A stretch of DNA of 64,000 nt from Candidatus Omnitrophota bacterium (GCA_021735445.1 JAIPHA010000001.1:24396-88395); one strand, 5' to 3'. Shown: positions 1-10,600, counted from the first letter of the stretch. Program-made: numbers and translations. Notes: a model not told the origin generated them from the sequence alone.

Positions 1-2
1 GG

Positions 3-788
3 TTAGTTGACCTTTCCGCTTACCCTTTGTTAGCCGGCAATAAATATATCGAGAGAATAGTTAAATATAATCGGGCGGCTAAGGAATTTTTGAAAAAAGA
101 TAAATTTGATTTAGTAATTAACCTTGAAAAGGTCCCTGAAATTTGTTCGTTTTTAAAGGATTTGAAATACAATAAACTTTTAGGGTTTGACCCTCAAGGC
201 GGGGATAGAAAGCTTCGTGAAATCAGCAGAGATTTTGATAGCAAAAAAAACAATAGGCTTTGTTTCCAGGAAATATTAGCCGGCGCAATAGAAAAAAACT
301 GGCGGGGAGAACCCTACATACTGGGGTATGATCCGATAACAAAGCCTATTTATGATATAGGATTTAACTGGACTACCAGTAGGAAATGGTCGAATAAGGC
401 TTGGCCTCAAAAACATTGGAAGGAACTGGAAACTTTGCTTGGTTCCGGATATACAATATCTTGGCAGAGAGGGTTTAGTAACCTTTATGAGTATATTGAA
501 TGGATAAATGGATGCCGAATTATTGTTAGCGCCGATACTTTAGGGTTGCATATAGCTTTGGCTTTAAAAAAGAGGGTTGTAGCTTTGTTTGGGCCTACTG
601 TGCCTCAGGAGATATTTCTTTATAATTGCGGGTCTTTTTTAACTCCCGAAATTGAAAGAGAGTGTATTCCCTGCTGTCAACCTTATTGCCAAAGAGGGGA
701 CCCTTGTATAAATAGAATTTATCCAGAGCAGATTAAAGAAAAGATAAACCATGAGTTTAAGCAGATTAGTTGTCCCCGCGGCGTATAA
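3..788 (+). CDS. GT9 (heptosyltransferase-like) glycosyltransferase, 5'-truncated by the window edge
   Basis: The frame stays open upstream of the TTG at 27 (LVDLSAYPLLAGNKYIERI). GT9 motifs: NKAWP, ADTLGLHIALAL, VALFGPT, and C-terminal CIPCCQPYC..C. Confidence 0.85.
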   Translation, partial: LVDLSAYPLLAGNKYIERIVKYNRAAKEFLKKDKFDLVINLEKVPEICSFLKDLKYNKLLGFDPQGGDRKLREISRDFDSKKNNRLCFQEILAGAIEKNWRGEPYILGYDPITKPIYDIGFNWTTSRKWSNKAWPQKHWKELETLLGSGYTISWQRGFSNLYEYIEWINGCRIIVSADTLGLHIALALKKRVVALFGPTVPQEIFLYNCGSFLTPEIERECIPCCQPYCQRGDPCINRIYPEQIKEKINHEFKQISCPRGV

Positions 789-1644
789 CTATATAGCTTG
801 TTTTTTAACTTTAGATTGTAATTTAAATTGCAACTATTGCATAAATTCATTCGGGAGGAAAAAAAATTTTTTTGCAGGTAATATTTCCGGAGAAAAATGG
901 GTCAAAGCATTAAACCGCCTTATTTCCCGGCCGGATTTACCGATTACCTTACAGGGAGGCGAGCCAAGCCTTCACTCTGATTTTATTTGGGTTATTAACC
1001 AGCTAAGGCCTGATTTACCAATCGATATTTTGACAAATTTGTGTTTTGATGTTGATAATTTTATAGCAAAGGTTAATTCCAGCCGCCTGCGGCGCAAAGC
1101 TCCTTATGCGAGTATTAGAGCCAGTTACCATCCACCTTATATGAATTTGGAAAAATTAATCGACTCTGCTTTAAAGTTAAAAAAAGCTGGATTTTCTGTT
1201 GGCATTTATGGCTTGAGGCATCCGGAATTTGAAAAGCAAAATCTTTTTGCCCAAAAAAAGTGTTTATCTTCAGGGATAGATTTCAGGATCAAAGATTTTT
1301 TGGGAAAGTTTAAGGGTAAAATCTATGGGAAATTTAAGTATCCTGAATCAATAGGCAGTAAAATCAAAAAAAGCTGCTTATGCCGAATTCCGGAGCTTAT
1401 AATCGGGCCGGATTGTTCGGTTTACAAATGCCACCGCGACCTTTATGGAGGGTATTGGCCAATTGGAAATCTTTTGGATAACAGTTTTAAAATAGAAAAT
1501 AAATTTAGAAAATGTTTTTCTTTTGGAGATTGTAACCCCTGTGATGTCAAAATAAAAACTAACAGGTTTGAGGCCTATGGGTATTGCTCGGCAGAAATTA
1601 AAGACATTAAGGAGAATAAAGGCAATAAGGCGGTAGAGGGATGA
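751..1644 (+). CDS. Radical SAM protein
   Basis: CNLNCNYC, QGGEP, and C-terminal Cys residues (CLC...C...C...CNPCD) suggesting an auxiliary cluster. Confidence 0.9.
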   Translation: MSLSRLVVPAAYNYIACFLTLDCNLNCNYCINSFGRKKNFFAGNISGEKWVKALNRLISRPDLPITLQGGEPSLHSDFIWVINQLRPDLPIDILTNLCFDVDNFIAKVNSSRLRRKAPYASIRASYHPPYMNLEKLIDSALKLKKAGFSVGIYGLRHPEFEKQNLFAQKKCLSSGIDFRIKDFLGKFKGKIYGKFKYPESIGSKIKKSCLCRIPELIIGPDCSVYKCHRDLYGGYWPIGNLLDNSFKIENKFRKCFSFGDCNPCDVKIKTNRFEAYGYCSAEIKDIKENKGNKAVEG

Positions 1645-2711
1645 GCAATGACTTTAATATGGACGGACAGAAGCTTATCTATCATATCCGGCGTTTAAAT
1701 GAATGGGTTAAGGGAGAAGAGGTTTATCCGATATATGCTGATATAGGGTTATCGGGAGGCTGTAATCAGCGTTGTATTTTTTGCACCTTCGATTACCTTG
1801 ATTATCAACCAGTATCTATCGATACAGAGTGTGTAAAAAACTTTATTGGCCAGGCGGCGGCAAAGGGGCTAAGGTCTGTGCTTTATGCAGGAGAAGGAGA
1901 GCCCCTCTTACACAACCAAGTAGGTGAAATAATAGAGTTTACTAAAAATAAAGGGGTAGACGCGGCTTTGTCTACTAATGGAGTCTTGTTAAATAAAAAA
2001 ATAGCGGGCAGAATATTGCCTTATTTAAGCTGGGTTAGGGTAAGCATAAACGCCGGAACTCCAAAAAAGTATAGTTTTATCCATGGCGCAAAACCAGATG
2101 ATTTTAAGCAAGTTTTAAAAAACCTTAAAAGCCTTGTAAAAATACGGGATAAAAATAATTATCCTTGCGCAATCGGGGCCCAGTCATTGCTGCTTCCTCA
2201 AAACTATAAAGATATTCTTAATTTAGCTGCGGCGGTAAGTGATATTGGAGTCGATTATTTGACGATAAAGCCTTTTTCCAGGCATCCCAGCAGCAAAAAA
2301 AAATTTGATTATAGCAATATTAGCCACAAAGAATTGTCCTTGTTGAAAGAAAAATTATCAGTTTATCAGCGAAGTGATTTTAAAGTCATTTACCGGCAAC
2401 GTTCTCTGGACAAGACAAGGGGCAGTAAGCCGTATAAAAAATGTTTGGGGTTTTCTTTTGCCACCCGGGTTACGGCTGAAGGCGATATCTTTCCTTGTAT
2501 TGCCTTTGAGGGCAAAAGAGGCTTTTTATTGGGAAATATCTACCAAAGCAGTTTTGATTCAATTTGGGAAGGCGCAAGGCGAAAGAAGGTGATAGATAAA
2601 ATATATTCGCAATGGGATGTCAATAACTGCAGAAAGCCCTGCCGTCTCGATGAAATTAACCGTTATTTGTGGAATTTTAAAAATCCGCCTAATCATGTTA
2701 ACTTCATATAG
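1641..2711 (+). CDS. Radical SAM/SPASM(Twitch) protein
   Basis: CNQRCIFC, GEGEP, STNG; C-terminal C..GDIFPC..GNI..IW..CRKPC. ATGA overlap with the upstream gene. Confidence 0.92.
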   Translation: MSNDFNMDGQKLIYHIRRLNEWVKGEEVYPIYADIGLSGGCNQRCIFCTFDYLDYQPVSIDTECVKNFIGQAAAKGLRSVLYAGEGEPLLHNQVGEIIEFTKNKGVDAALSTNGVLLNKKIAGRILPYLSWVRVSINAGTPKKYSFIHGAKPDDFKQVLKNLKSLVKIRDKNNYPCAIGAQSLLLPQNYKDILNLAAAVSDIGVDYLTIKPFSRHPSSKKKFDYSNISHKELSLLKEKLSVYQRSDFKVIYRQRSLDKTRGSKPYKKCLGFSFATRVTAEGDIFPCIAFEGKRGFLLGNIYQSSFDSIWEGARRKKVIDKIYSQWDVNNCRKPCRLDEINRYLWNFKNPPNHVNFI

Positions 2712-2730
2712 CCAGGTTTAATAAGCAGAA

Positions 2731-3594
2731 ATGAAAAAAGAAAAAATAAAGAAAAAAGCAAAAAAACCGGATTTAGAAAGCCTAAAAAGCAAAGCTTTAT
2801 GGTTAAGGAAAAAAGTGTTGGATATGGCGGTCAATTGCGGAACGGGCCATATAGCTCCTTCTTTTTCTTGTATAGAGATAGTTGTTGCTTTATATTATAC
2901 CTCTTTTTTAAAAACTAACCCTAAAAAACCAGAATGGAAAAACCGGGACCGATTCATTTTAAGCAAAGGCCATGCTTCTTTAGCTTTATATCCGGTTCTG
3001 GCTGATTTAGGTTTTTTCCCATTTTCTTATTTAGACAGATTTGGCAAAAATAATAACTATTTGGGAGTGCATGCTGAAAATGAAATAGCGGGGATAGATG
3101 TTTCAGTGGGCTCCTTAGGCCATGGGTTATCTATTGGAGCCGGCCTGGCCTTGGCAGCAAAAACGGATAAAAAAAAGTATCGAACCGTGGTTTTGGCAGG
3201 AGACGGCGAATGCCATGAAGGTTCTGTATGGGAAGCGGCTTTATTTGCCGCCAGCCATAAATTGAATAATTTGATTTTAATTATTGATTATAACCGTCTT
3301 TCTGCAATGGGGTTTTTAAAAGATTATCAAGATATAGAGCCGTTTGAGAAAAAATGGGAGTCATTTGGATGGGATAGCATTTTTGTTAACGGCCATTCTT
3401 TTGAAAGTATCCTCCCCGGGCTTCTTGAGGCAAACAGCCCGGGCAGAAAAGCCCCTTTAGCTATAATAGCAAAGACGATAAAAGGCAAAGGGGTACCGTT
3501 TATGGAAAATAAGCCTATTTGGCATTACCGGGTTCCCAAAGGCAGTAAGTTAGCTGCTGCGCGTCGGGAGTTAACTAAGGGGGATAATCGGTAA
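2731..3594 (+). CDS. Transketolase N-terminal (TPP-binding) subunit
   Basis: GHIAPSFS, RDRFILSKGH, GSLGHGL, GDGECHEG, TIKGKG...WH. Confidence 0.95.
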   Translation: MKKEKIKKKAKKPDLESLKSKALWLRKKVLDMAVNCGTGHIAPSFSCIEIVVALYYTSFLKTNPKKPEWKNRDRFILSKGHASLALYPVLADLGFFPFSYLDRFGKNNNYLGVHAENEIAGIDVSVGSLGHGLSIGAGLALAAKTDKKKYRTVVLAGDGECHEGSVWEAALFAASHKLNNLILIIDYNRLSAMGFLKDYQDIEPFEKKWESFGWDSIFVNGHSFESILPGLLEANSPGRKAPLAIIAKTIKGKGVPFMENKPIWHYRVPKGSKLAAARRELTKGDNR

Positions 3595-3596
3595 AA

Positions 3597-4538
3597 ATGA
3601 AGAAAAAAAAGGAGGGGATGCGGGAAGTATTTTTTAAAGAGCTTTTTAAGTTAGCTAAAAAAAATAAAAAAATCATGCTGTTAAGTGCCGATATCGGGGC
3701 TCAATGCCATGATGATTTCAGAAAAAAATTAAAAAACCAATATATTAACGCCGGAGTAGCCGAACAAAATATGATTGGGGTAGCCGCTGGTTTAGCGATG
3801 GCAGGTAAGATTGTTTATGTTTATTCGATTACGCCTTTTGTAACTATGAGGTGTTATGAACAGATAAGGGTTGATTTATGCGGTATGAATTTACCGGTAG
3901 CGATAGTCAGTATAGGCGCGGGCCTGGATTATTCTACTTTAGGCTTTACCCATCATGGGACAGAAGACCTAACCTTAATGAAAGCATTGCCCGGGATGGC
4001 TGTGTATAGCCCTTGTGATAATACTATGGCAAAAATGTTGGTAAACGAAACCTATAAAGGCAAAACCCCGCAGTATGTAAGGCTGGATCGGCGGGGCTTT
4101 CCTTTAATTTATGAAAAGGAAAAAGATATAGATTTTCAGCAAGGATTTTCACATTTAAAAAAAGGCAAAGACCTTTATATAATTTCAACAGGAAGGATGT
4201 TGCTTAATGCTTTGGATGCAGCTAAAAGGCTGCCCCTAGATTGTGGTGTAATTGATTTATTCAGGGTAAAACCGTTTAATAAAGATAACTTAGAGCTTAT
4301 TCTCAAGAAAGTAAAGTATGTAGCCAGCTTGGAGGAGCATTTTACTGACGGCGGTATTGGTAGTTCAGTTTCTGGTTTATTGGCCGGATTAAAACACAGG
4401 CCCTTGTTTAAACCTATCGGCTTAAACAATCAGTTTTGCAGAAGCTATGGCAGCAGGAAGTATCTTCAAAATATTTGCGGGCTTGATGCCGAAAGTGTTG
4501 CCAAAAACATCTTGAATTGGATAAGCAATAATGGTTAA
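3597..4538 (+). CDS. Transketolase C-terminal (pyrimidine-binding/C) subunit
   Basis: SADIG, GVAEQNM, YEQIR, GFTHH..ED, YVRL, EEH...GGIG. Confidence 0.95.
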   Translation: MKKKKEGMREVFFKELFKLAKKNKKIMLLSADIGAQCHDDFRKKLKNQYINAGVAEQNMIGVAAGLAMAGKIVYVYSITPFVTMRCYEQIRVDLCGMNLPVAIVSIGAGLDYSTLGFTHHGTEDLTLMKALPGMAVYSPCDNTMAKMLVNETYKGKTPQYVRLDRRGFPLIYEKEKDIDFQQGFSHLKKGKDLYIISTGRMLLNALDAAKRLPLDCGVIDLFRVKPFNKDNLELILKKVKYVASLEEHFTDGGIGSSVSGLLAGLKHRPLFKPIGLNNQFCRSYGSRKYLQNICGLDAESVAKNILNWISNNG

Positions 4539-7443
4539 TCAACCAAAATTAATATCGAATAGGTTTAAAATTAGCCAGGATTTTCTGGTTATTCTTCTTC
4601 TGGTTATTGTCGTATCTTCGCTTTTTCTTCCCATTGTTTTTGAAAGTAAAGGAATTTTTCATAACGACCAGGCGATGTCAGAATTTATGCATCGCTATTT
4701 TTTTGCCGATAATCTACAAAAAGGGATTATTCCTTTATGGGACCCTCACGTTTGGGCCGGCGCTAATTTTCACTATTCTTTTAGTTATGCCGGGGAAAAT
4801 TATTATTTTGCTCTTTGGCCTTTTTATCTTATGGCCGATTTAGATAATTTAGGCCATTCTTACTTTATGATTTCAATTCTGCCTCTTTTTATCCATTATC
4901 TATTAGCAGCTATAGGAATGTTTGTGCTATTGAGGAAAATTATAAAATGTAGCTGCCTTTCTTCTTTAACCGGGGCAATAATTTATTTATTTAGCCCGGC
5001 TTTAGTTTATTCCTACGTTTGCGAGAGCCGGGTAATTATAGAAAGTTTGCTGCCCTGGTTAATTATTATATATATGGGTAATACCTTCCGGCGGCAATGG
5101 CCGAGGCTATGCTTAGGAGGCCTTGTTTTTTTCTTTATTTGTGTATCAGGATGCATTCAAGACCTGCCTTTTGTATTGATTATTTGGGGAGGCTTTGTGG
5201 TTGCTTCAATTTGTATTAATTTAGCAAAAAAAAGAAAAAAAGCAGTAAGACAGTCATTAATTCCGGCTTTAATTATTTTTATTCTTGGAATATTGTTAAG
5301 CTCGGTCTATTTTTTTTCACTTTTAGACGGAGCTAAATATTTTAAGATAAGGCCGGAATTAGTTACCGGGATGAGGCTGGCATATTTACCGGCTAACCTA
5401 TCATTTTCTTATTTGATTACTCTTTTTATCCCTAATTTTTACGGAAGCATCTCCGGAGTTAATTTTATTTTTAGGCGGTTAATGTTTTGGTATGCCAACA
5501 TGAGCGGGGGGATGGGGATTTCTCTGGCAGTGGCTTTAGGTGTATTTTTGCCGATTTTTTTTGCCAGAAAAATGAAAAACAAGAATTATCTAATTTATGC
5601 AATTTTAGGGATTGCCTTGTATGTCCTTTCTATTTTGCTTAGTTTAGGAGCTAATTCGCCATTTTATAAATTATTTATCGGTTGGGTGCCGATAGTGGGG
5701 GGGGCAACTTATCCAATTCGTTACCGCTTTATCCAGTGTTTTTTTGCGGCGGTATTAGCGGCTTTGGGAATTCATTTTTTAACCAACTATGATTTCAGGC
5801 GGCTTAGGGAAATATTTCCTAAGTTTGTTTTAGGATACTTTATTTTTATTTTATTTTTTGTTTCTTTAGCGCTTTTTCTTCCCCGTCAGAGTTCCGGAGA
5901 ATTTTGGATTGGAAAAAGAGGAACAAAGAAAATAGAAGGGAGCGTGCCTTCCGGCGAATGGGCAGGGGTGTATACTTCAAGAAAGGCAAGAGTAAAAAAG
6001 GTCGGTTTATTTTTAAAGGAAAAATCAAAAGGCGAAATCCGCTATTCGGATAATCATTATGATTGTTCCTTAGATGAAAGTTTTTTAGTGAAAAAATATA
6101 ATATTCAAGAGAAGGGGTGGGTGGAATTCAACGTAGATGTTCCCGCCAATAAATTTCTTTGGGTTTTTAATGACGAAGGCAACCTTGGATTTTGGCAGGA
6201 TGATACTCCATCTTTTTTTTATAGCAAAGATAAATGGATAATCCAGCCGCAAGTTAATGCGATAAGCCTTTATCAAAAGGCTGGTCCGGGGGGCCCAGTA
6301 AGCCTGTTTTTTAAGTTAAAAAATTCCTATATTGAAAAGAAGCCGATAGTGAGGTCTTTTTTTTATTGGATTTTTGTTTCTTTTGTCTTAATAGCGGGAG
6401 GATACTTGTTTTTGCCTAAAAGCGTGGGGTTTTTATTGACTGTGATAATAGCAGGGGAGTCTTTAGTCTTTGGCATGACGGCTTTTTTTGGGTCTACATT
6501 TAATGAAGCCCAAACGAGAACCCGGGAGTTTTTGCCTCATAATGTAAGGGCGTTGAATCCTTTAGAACATCCGATGTTTCAGCGGATGAGTGAAAAAGTT
6601 CTTCCTTTGGTTGATAATAGCCAGCTGCGTATTGCTACTGATTATCCTTTTTATGATAATTTAGGTTATTTGACTGATAACTTTTTTTTAATGGGTGAGC
6701 CCGCCCATTTTCTTGACGCGAGGTTTAGGCGGGCGATAGAAGCGGCTTATCAGGAGCAGATGTCGATGGGGTTTTTTTATGATGGAGGCGGTTTTTTGCC
6801 AAAAGGAGGCGAATTTTTAAATAACTTTTCGGTAGGTTATTTTTTAAGCGGCCATAAGGGCCGAATATTTGATAAGGAAGAAGTTATTTCTTTTCAGGAC
6901 CAAAGAAAGTATTATTTTCATATTAACAAAAATGTTTTGCCGCGGGCCTATAGTGTTACCAGAGTGGTGCCGGCTTCAGAAGAGAGGCAGTTTGGAGAGT
7001 TAATTTCCGGGGATTTAGGCGAAGTTGTTTATGTACCGCTAGGTAGCGATATAGGAAATAAGCAAATTTCTCAAAAAGTTGTTTATAATTTTAACCAACT
7101 TCAGGAGAAAAACAAAATCAGAAAAATTAATTATGAGAACCCCAACAAGATAAGCGTAGATATCAACGTCACTGTTGCCTCTATGCTGGTTTTTAGCGAA
7201 GTGTGGCATCCGGGCTGGAAAGCTGCCGCCGGCGGGAGAGCAAAAAAAGTCTATAGAGTTAATTATTGCCAGCGGGGAGTTTGGTTAGATCCGGGAAATC
7301 ATAATTTAGTCCTTTTCTTTAACCCAAAAGGCTGGCAGACAGGAGGAAAAATTACTTTAATAACTATTATTTTTATTATTTTTCTATTGTCGGTTAAAGC
7401 GCTCGCCAAAAAAAAGAAACGGTTAAACGATTCGGAAATTTAA
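4531..7443 (+). CDS. YfhO-family multi-TM GT-C glycosyltransferase
   Basis: N-terminal GIIPLWDPHVWAG, many TM segments, NVLPRAY, and C-terminal LVFSEVWHPGWKA...RVNYCQRGVWLDPGNH followed by a final TM helix. Confidence 0.85.
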   Translation: MVNQPKLISNRFKISQDFLVILLLVIVVSSLFLPIVFESKGIFHNDQAMSEFMHRYFFADNLQKGIIPLWDPHVWAGANFHYSFSYAGENYYFALWPFYLMADLDNLGHSYFMISILPLFIHYLLAAIGMFVLLRKIIKCSCLSSLTGAIIYLFSPALVYSYVCESRVIIESLLPWLIIIYMGNTFRRQWPRLCLGGLVFFFICVSGCIQDLPFVLIIWGGFVVASICINLAKKRKKAVRQSLIPALIIFILGILLSSVYFFSLLDGAKYFKIRPELVTGMRLAYLPANLSFSYLITLFIPNFYGSISGVNFIFRRLMFWYANMSGGMGISLAVALGVFLPIFFARKMKNKNYLIYAILGIALYVLSILLSLGANSPFYKLFIGWVPIVGGATYPIRYRFIQCFFAAVLAALGIHFLTNYDFRRLREIFPKFVLGYFIFILFFVSLALFLPRQSSGEFWIGKRGTKKIEGSVPSGEWAGVYTSRKARVKKVGLFLKEKSKGEIRYSDNHYDCSLDESFLVKKYNIQEKGWVEFNVDVPANKFLWVFNDEGNLGFWQDDTPSFFYSKDKWIIQPQVNAISLYQKAGPGGPVSLFFKLKNSYIEKKPIVRSFFYWIFVSFVLIAGGYLFLPKSVGFLLTVIIAGESLVFGMTAFFGSTFNEAQTRTREFLPHNVRALNPLEHPMFQRMSEKVLPLVDNSQLRIATDYPFYDNLGYLTDNFFLMGEPAHFLDARFRRAIEAAYQEQMSMGFFYDGGGFLPKGGEFLNNFSVGYFLSGHKGRIFDKEEVISFQDQRKYYFHINKNVLPRAYSVTRVVPASEERQFGELISGDLGEVVYVPLGSDIGNKQISQKVVYNFNQLQEKNKIRKINYENPNKISVDINVTVASMLVFSEVWHPGWKAAAGGRAKKVYRVNYCQRGVWLDPGNHNLVLFFNPKGWQTGGKITLITIIFIIFLLSVKALAKKKKRLNDSEI

Positions 7444-7453
7444 CGAGGTTATT

Positions 7454-8728
7454 TTGGAAATATTCGATAAAATAAAATTTGATTCTAATAAAATCCCCCG
7501 CGGATGCCTTTATTTTTATTCTTCTCTTGTTATGACGAATTTTTTTAAAATCAAACCGGATAGTTTTAAGCGCGGCAAGCCTGTTTTTTTATTTGAAAAA
7601 AGATTTGCTGAATATTTCGGGGCTAAATTTGCTATAAGTTTTTCGTATGCGAGAACTTCTTTATATTATTTATTAAAGGTATTTAACTTTCCTGCCGGCA
7701 GCGAGGTCTTAACCACACCTGTCACTATCCCCGATATTATTAATGCTATTGTTTCCAATGGTTTAAAGCCGGTTTTTATAGATTTTTCTTCCAATACCGG
7801 AAGTGTTAAGGTTAAAGACATTGAAGCAAATATCAATAAAAATACGAAGTGCATACTAGTTACCCATCTAAACGGGGTGCCTTCTGATATAGATAAAATA
7901 AGAGAAATTGCCCGAAAAAATAAATTGATTCTCTTAGAAGACGCTTCTCAAGGAATAGGCGGAAAATTCGGCGCTCGCTATTTGGGAAGATGGGGGGAGG
8001 CTGGTATTTTCAGCTTATCGACCTTAAAGCCGTTGAGCACTTTTGTCGGTGGAATGGTTTTAACGGATAATAAAGTTTTAGCCGCAAAATTGAGAAAACA
8101 CGCTGTTGATAATGCCGAGAGAAAAAATTTCAGTTTTTTAACTCAGCTTTTTAAAGAATGGTTTTTATTTATTTTTTCCAATAAATACGTATTTTCTTTT
8201 TTTACTTTTTATTTTATAAAAATTATCTCTTGCCTATTTCCCGGTTTTATCGACAAGGCCCAACATCTAGATCGCGAACAGGTGAAGAAGTGGGAAGGAA
8301 TCCCTTCTAAATATAAGGCCCCTTTTACTAATTTCCAGGCTAATATAGGGCTAGGCGCCATCGAAAGATTAAAGCTTGATGCAGAAAAAAGAATCAAGCT
8401 AGGCGAAATATTATATTTTCAGTTAGATGAGGCCGGGGTTCCTGGATTAACAAAAGAATTTTTAAAACCGGGGTGCACTTTTTGGCGGTTTCCTTTATGG
8501 GTAAAAAACCCTAAAAAAATCAGAAGATACCTTTTAAATAACCATATTGATAGTACGGTATCGGGATTAAGGTGTTGCAGCAGAGAGCCGGCATTTAACA
8601 AATTTAACAAGTTAACCCCAGAGGCTTTTAAATTTATAGATAATATGATTTTTTTACCTATTCATTCTAATATGAATGTTACTCAGATTATAAATATTGC
8701 AAGGATAATCCGGGATTATTATGAATAA
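7454..8728 (+). CDS. DegT/DnrJ/EryC1/StrS PLP aminotransferase
   Basis: LKPVFID, THLNG, LEDASQ, FSLSTLK (PLP Lys), LPIH. TTG start preceded by GAGGT. Confidence 0.9.
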   Translation: MEIFDKIKFDSNKIPRGCLYFYSSLVMTNFFKIKPDSFKRGKPVFLFEKRFAEYFGAKFAISFSYARTSLYYLLKVFNFPAGSEVLTTPVTIPDIINAIVSNGLKPVFIDFSSNTGSVKVKDIEANINKNTKCILVTHLNGVPSDIDKIREIARKNKLILLEDASQGIGGKFGARYLGRWGEAGIFSLSTLKPLSTFVGGMVLTDNKVLAAKLRKHAVDNAERKNFSFLTQLFKEWFLFIFSNKYVFSFFTFYFIKIISCLFPGFIDKAQHLDREQVKKWEGIPSKYKAPFTNFQANIGLGAIERLKLDAEKRIKLGEILYFQLDEAGVPGLTKEFLKPGCTFWRFPLWVKNPKKIRRYLLNNHIDSTVSGLRCCSREPAFNKFNKLTPEAFKFIDNMIFLPIHSNMNVTQIINIARIIRDYYE

Positions 8729-9836
8729 GATAAGAGGCTTGTTAAATAATGAAGTTTTTTTATCAGAAATTTTTCAAGCTTTTCCGAATTTAGCCGATAA
8801 TATAACTTCTTTTTTTCTTAATAGGCAGACTTTAGGCGGCCCGACTTTTTTAAGCTGGGTTTTAACTTATAATTGCCCTTTATCTTGCAGGCATTGTTAT
8901 ATTCAACCGCGTTCTGATATTTTATCAAAAGACGATAGATTGAAAATCGCTAAAAAAATAGGCCAGTCTTCTGTGTACTGGGTTTCTCTTATCGGAGGAG
9001 AACCGTTAATTACTCCTGAGATTATGGATATAGCAAAAATTTTAAAAAAAGAAAAGAAAAAAGTAACCATAACTACAAATGGTTTATTTTTAAATAATTT
9101 TATTCAAGAAATAATTGATTTGGATTTAGACGCAATTCAAATAAGTGTAGATAGCCATAAGAAAGAGCAGCATGATTATCTAAGGAATTCTCCGGGATTA
9201 TTTGAAAATGTTTTAAAATCGGTTATAGAAATAAGAAAAAAAAGAAAATCAAGCAAACCCTTTATAAAGTTGAGATGCACGTTGTCGCGAGAAAATTATT
9301 TAGAAGTTATTAATTATGTAAGGTTTTGGAAGGATAAGGCTGACGCGATTTATTTTCAACCTGTAGTTGATAATATAATGAATCGCGTAAGAGAAAGCGA
9401 GATCTTATTTAGGAAAGAAGAAGAGTCGTCTTTTAGAAAGGTATTTTCGGAATTACAAAAGGAATTTGCTAGTTTTTCTAATCTATATTATAATTTTATG
9501 CCTGATTATATTTTTCATAGAGAGCAATTGTGGAGGAAGCTAAAATTTAAGTGTATTCTTATTCCGGCTTCCGCATTATATATATTGCCTGATGGCAATA
9601 CAGCTGTTTGTTATGGCCGAAGAGATAAAACAGGAGGCAATTTAATCAATAAAAGCATTAAAGAAATCTGGAGAAGCAAGGAGGTTAAGGCTTTACAGGA
9701 TGATATAAAGAATAAACATTTAGAAGGTTTTGACCGTGAATGTTTTTGCTGGGAGCCTTATACGCTGCCTAACCTTTATTTGCTCAGTTTGTATAATTTT
9801 ATATCCAAGGTTATAGGTAAAAAATGGGAAGGATAG
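8721..9836 (+). CDS. Radical SAM/SPASM protein
   Basis: CPLSCRHC, GGEP, TTNG, ISVDS..HD.LR; C-terminal C..PDG..C..GN..IW..CFC. Confidence 0.92.
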   Translation: MNKIRGLLNNEVFLSEIFQAFPNLADNITSFFLNRQTLGGPTFLSWVLTYNCPLSCRHCYIQPRSDILSKDDRLKIAKKIGQSSVYWVSLIGGEPLITPEIMDIAKILKKEKKKVTITTNGLFLNNFIQEIIDLDLDAIQISVDSHKKEQHDYLRNSPGLFENVLKSVIEIRKKRKSSKPFIKLRCTLSRENYLEVINYVRFWKDKADAIYFQPVVDNIMNRVRESEILFRKEEESSFRKVFSELQKEFASFSNLYYNFMPDYIFHREQLWRKLKFKCILIPASALYILPDGNTAVCYGRRDKTGGNLINKSIKEIWRSKEVKALQDDIKNKHLEGFDRECFCWEPYTLPNLYLLSLYNFISKVIGKKWEG

Positions 9837-10561
9837 ATAACAATTCTTTATCCGTCATCGTCCCGGCTTTTAATGAAGAGAATTATCTTAAGCCCACAGT
9901 TGAAATGGTTTCTGGTGTAGCAAAGAAACAATTTGATGATTATGAAATTATTATTTTTAATGATGGGAGTGTAGATAAAACAGGACAGATAGCTAATAAA
10001 TTAGGCAATCAATATAATCATGTTAGAGTGGTTCATCATAAGTCTCCTATTTGTCTTGGCGGTATTTATAAAGAAGGGATAAAATTGGCAAAGATGAACT
10101 ATGTTATTCTTGTAAATGGGAAGAATGATATTGTAAGTAGTGAATTGGAAAAGATATTATCTTTAAAAGGTAAGGCAGATATGATTGTTCCTTATACCAC
10201 AAATAGAGGGCAGAGATCTTTTAACCGTAGAACTCTCTCCATTATTTTTGTTTATTTTCTTAATTTTATTTTTAATTTAGATTTACGCTACTATAATCAC
10301 TATGTTTTACATAGAAGAGAGATAATAAGTATTATTAATATATACACTGATAGTTATGCGTTTCAGGCAGAAGCTCTAATAAAATTAATTAAATTGGGAT
10401 ATAGCTATATTCAGGTGGGGGTTGCTGACAATTTTGATAATGATGTTGCGACTAAGGCCTTCAGATTGAAGAATATTATTGGGATTAGTCTATTCTTTAT
10501 TAAAATAATATATGAAATCTATTTTACTAGGAGATATATATTGAAGGATAAAGGTCGTTAA
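9824..10561 (+). CDS. GT2 glycosyltransferase (DPM/GtrB-like)
   Basis: SVIVPAFNEE, NDGSVDKT, and DSYAFQAE. The DxD position is atypical (NGKND). Confidence 0.85.
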   Translation: MGRIDNNSLSVIVPAFNEENYLKPTVEMVSGVAKKQFDDYEIIIFNDGSVDKTGQIANKLGNQYNHVRVVHHKSPICLGGIYKEGIKLAKMNYVILVNGKNDIVSSELEKILSLKGKADMIVPYTTNRGQRSFNRRTLSIIFVYFLNFIFNLDLRYYNHYVLHRREIISIINIYTDSYAFQAEALIKLIKLGYSYIQVGVADNFDNDVATKAFRLKNIIGISLFFIKIIYEIYFTRRYILKDKGR

Positions 10562-10600
10562 TTTTGTGGAGAAATAGATCTTAAAGAAAACCGGGCTCTT

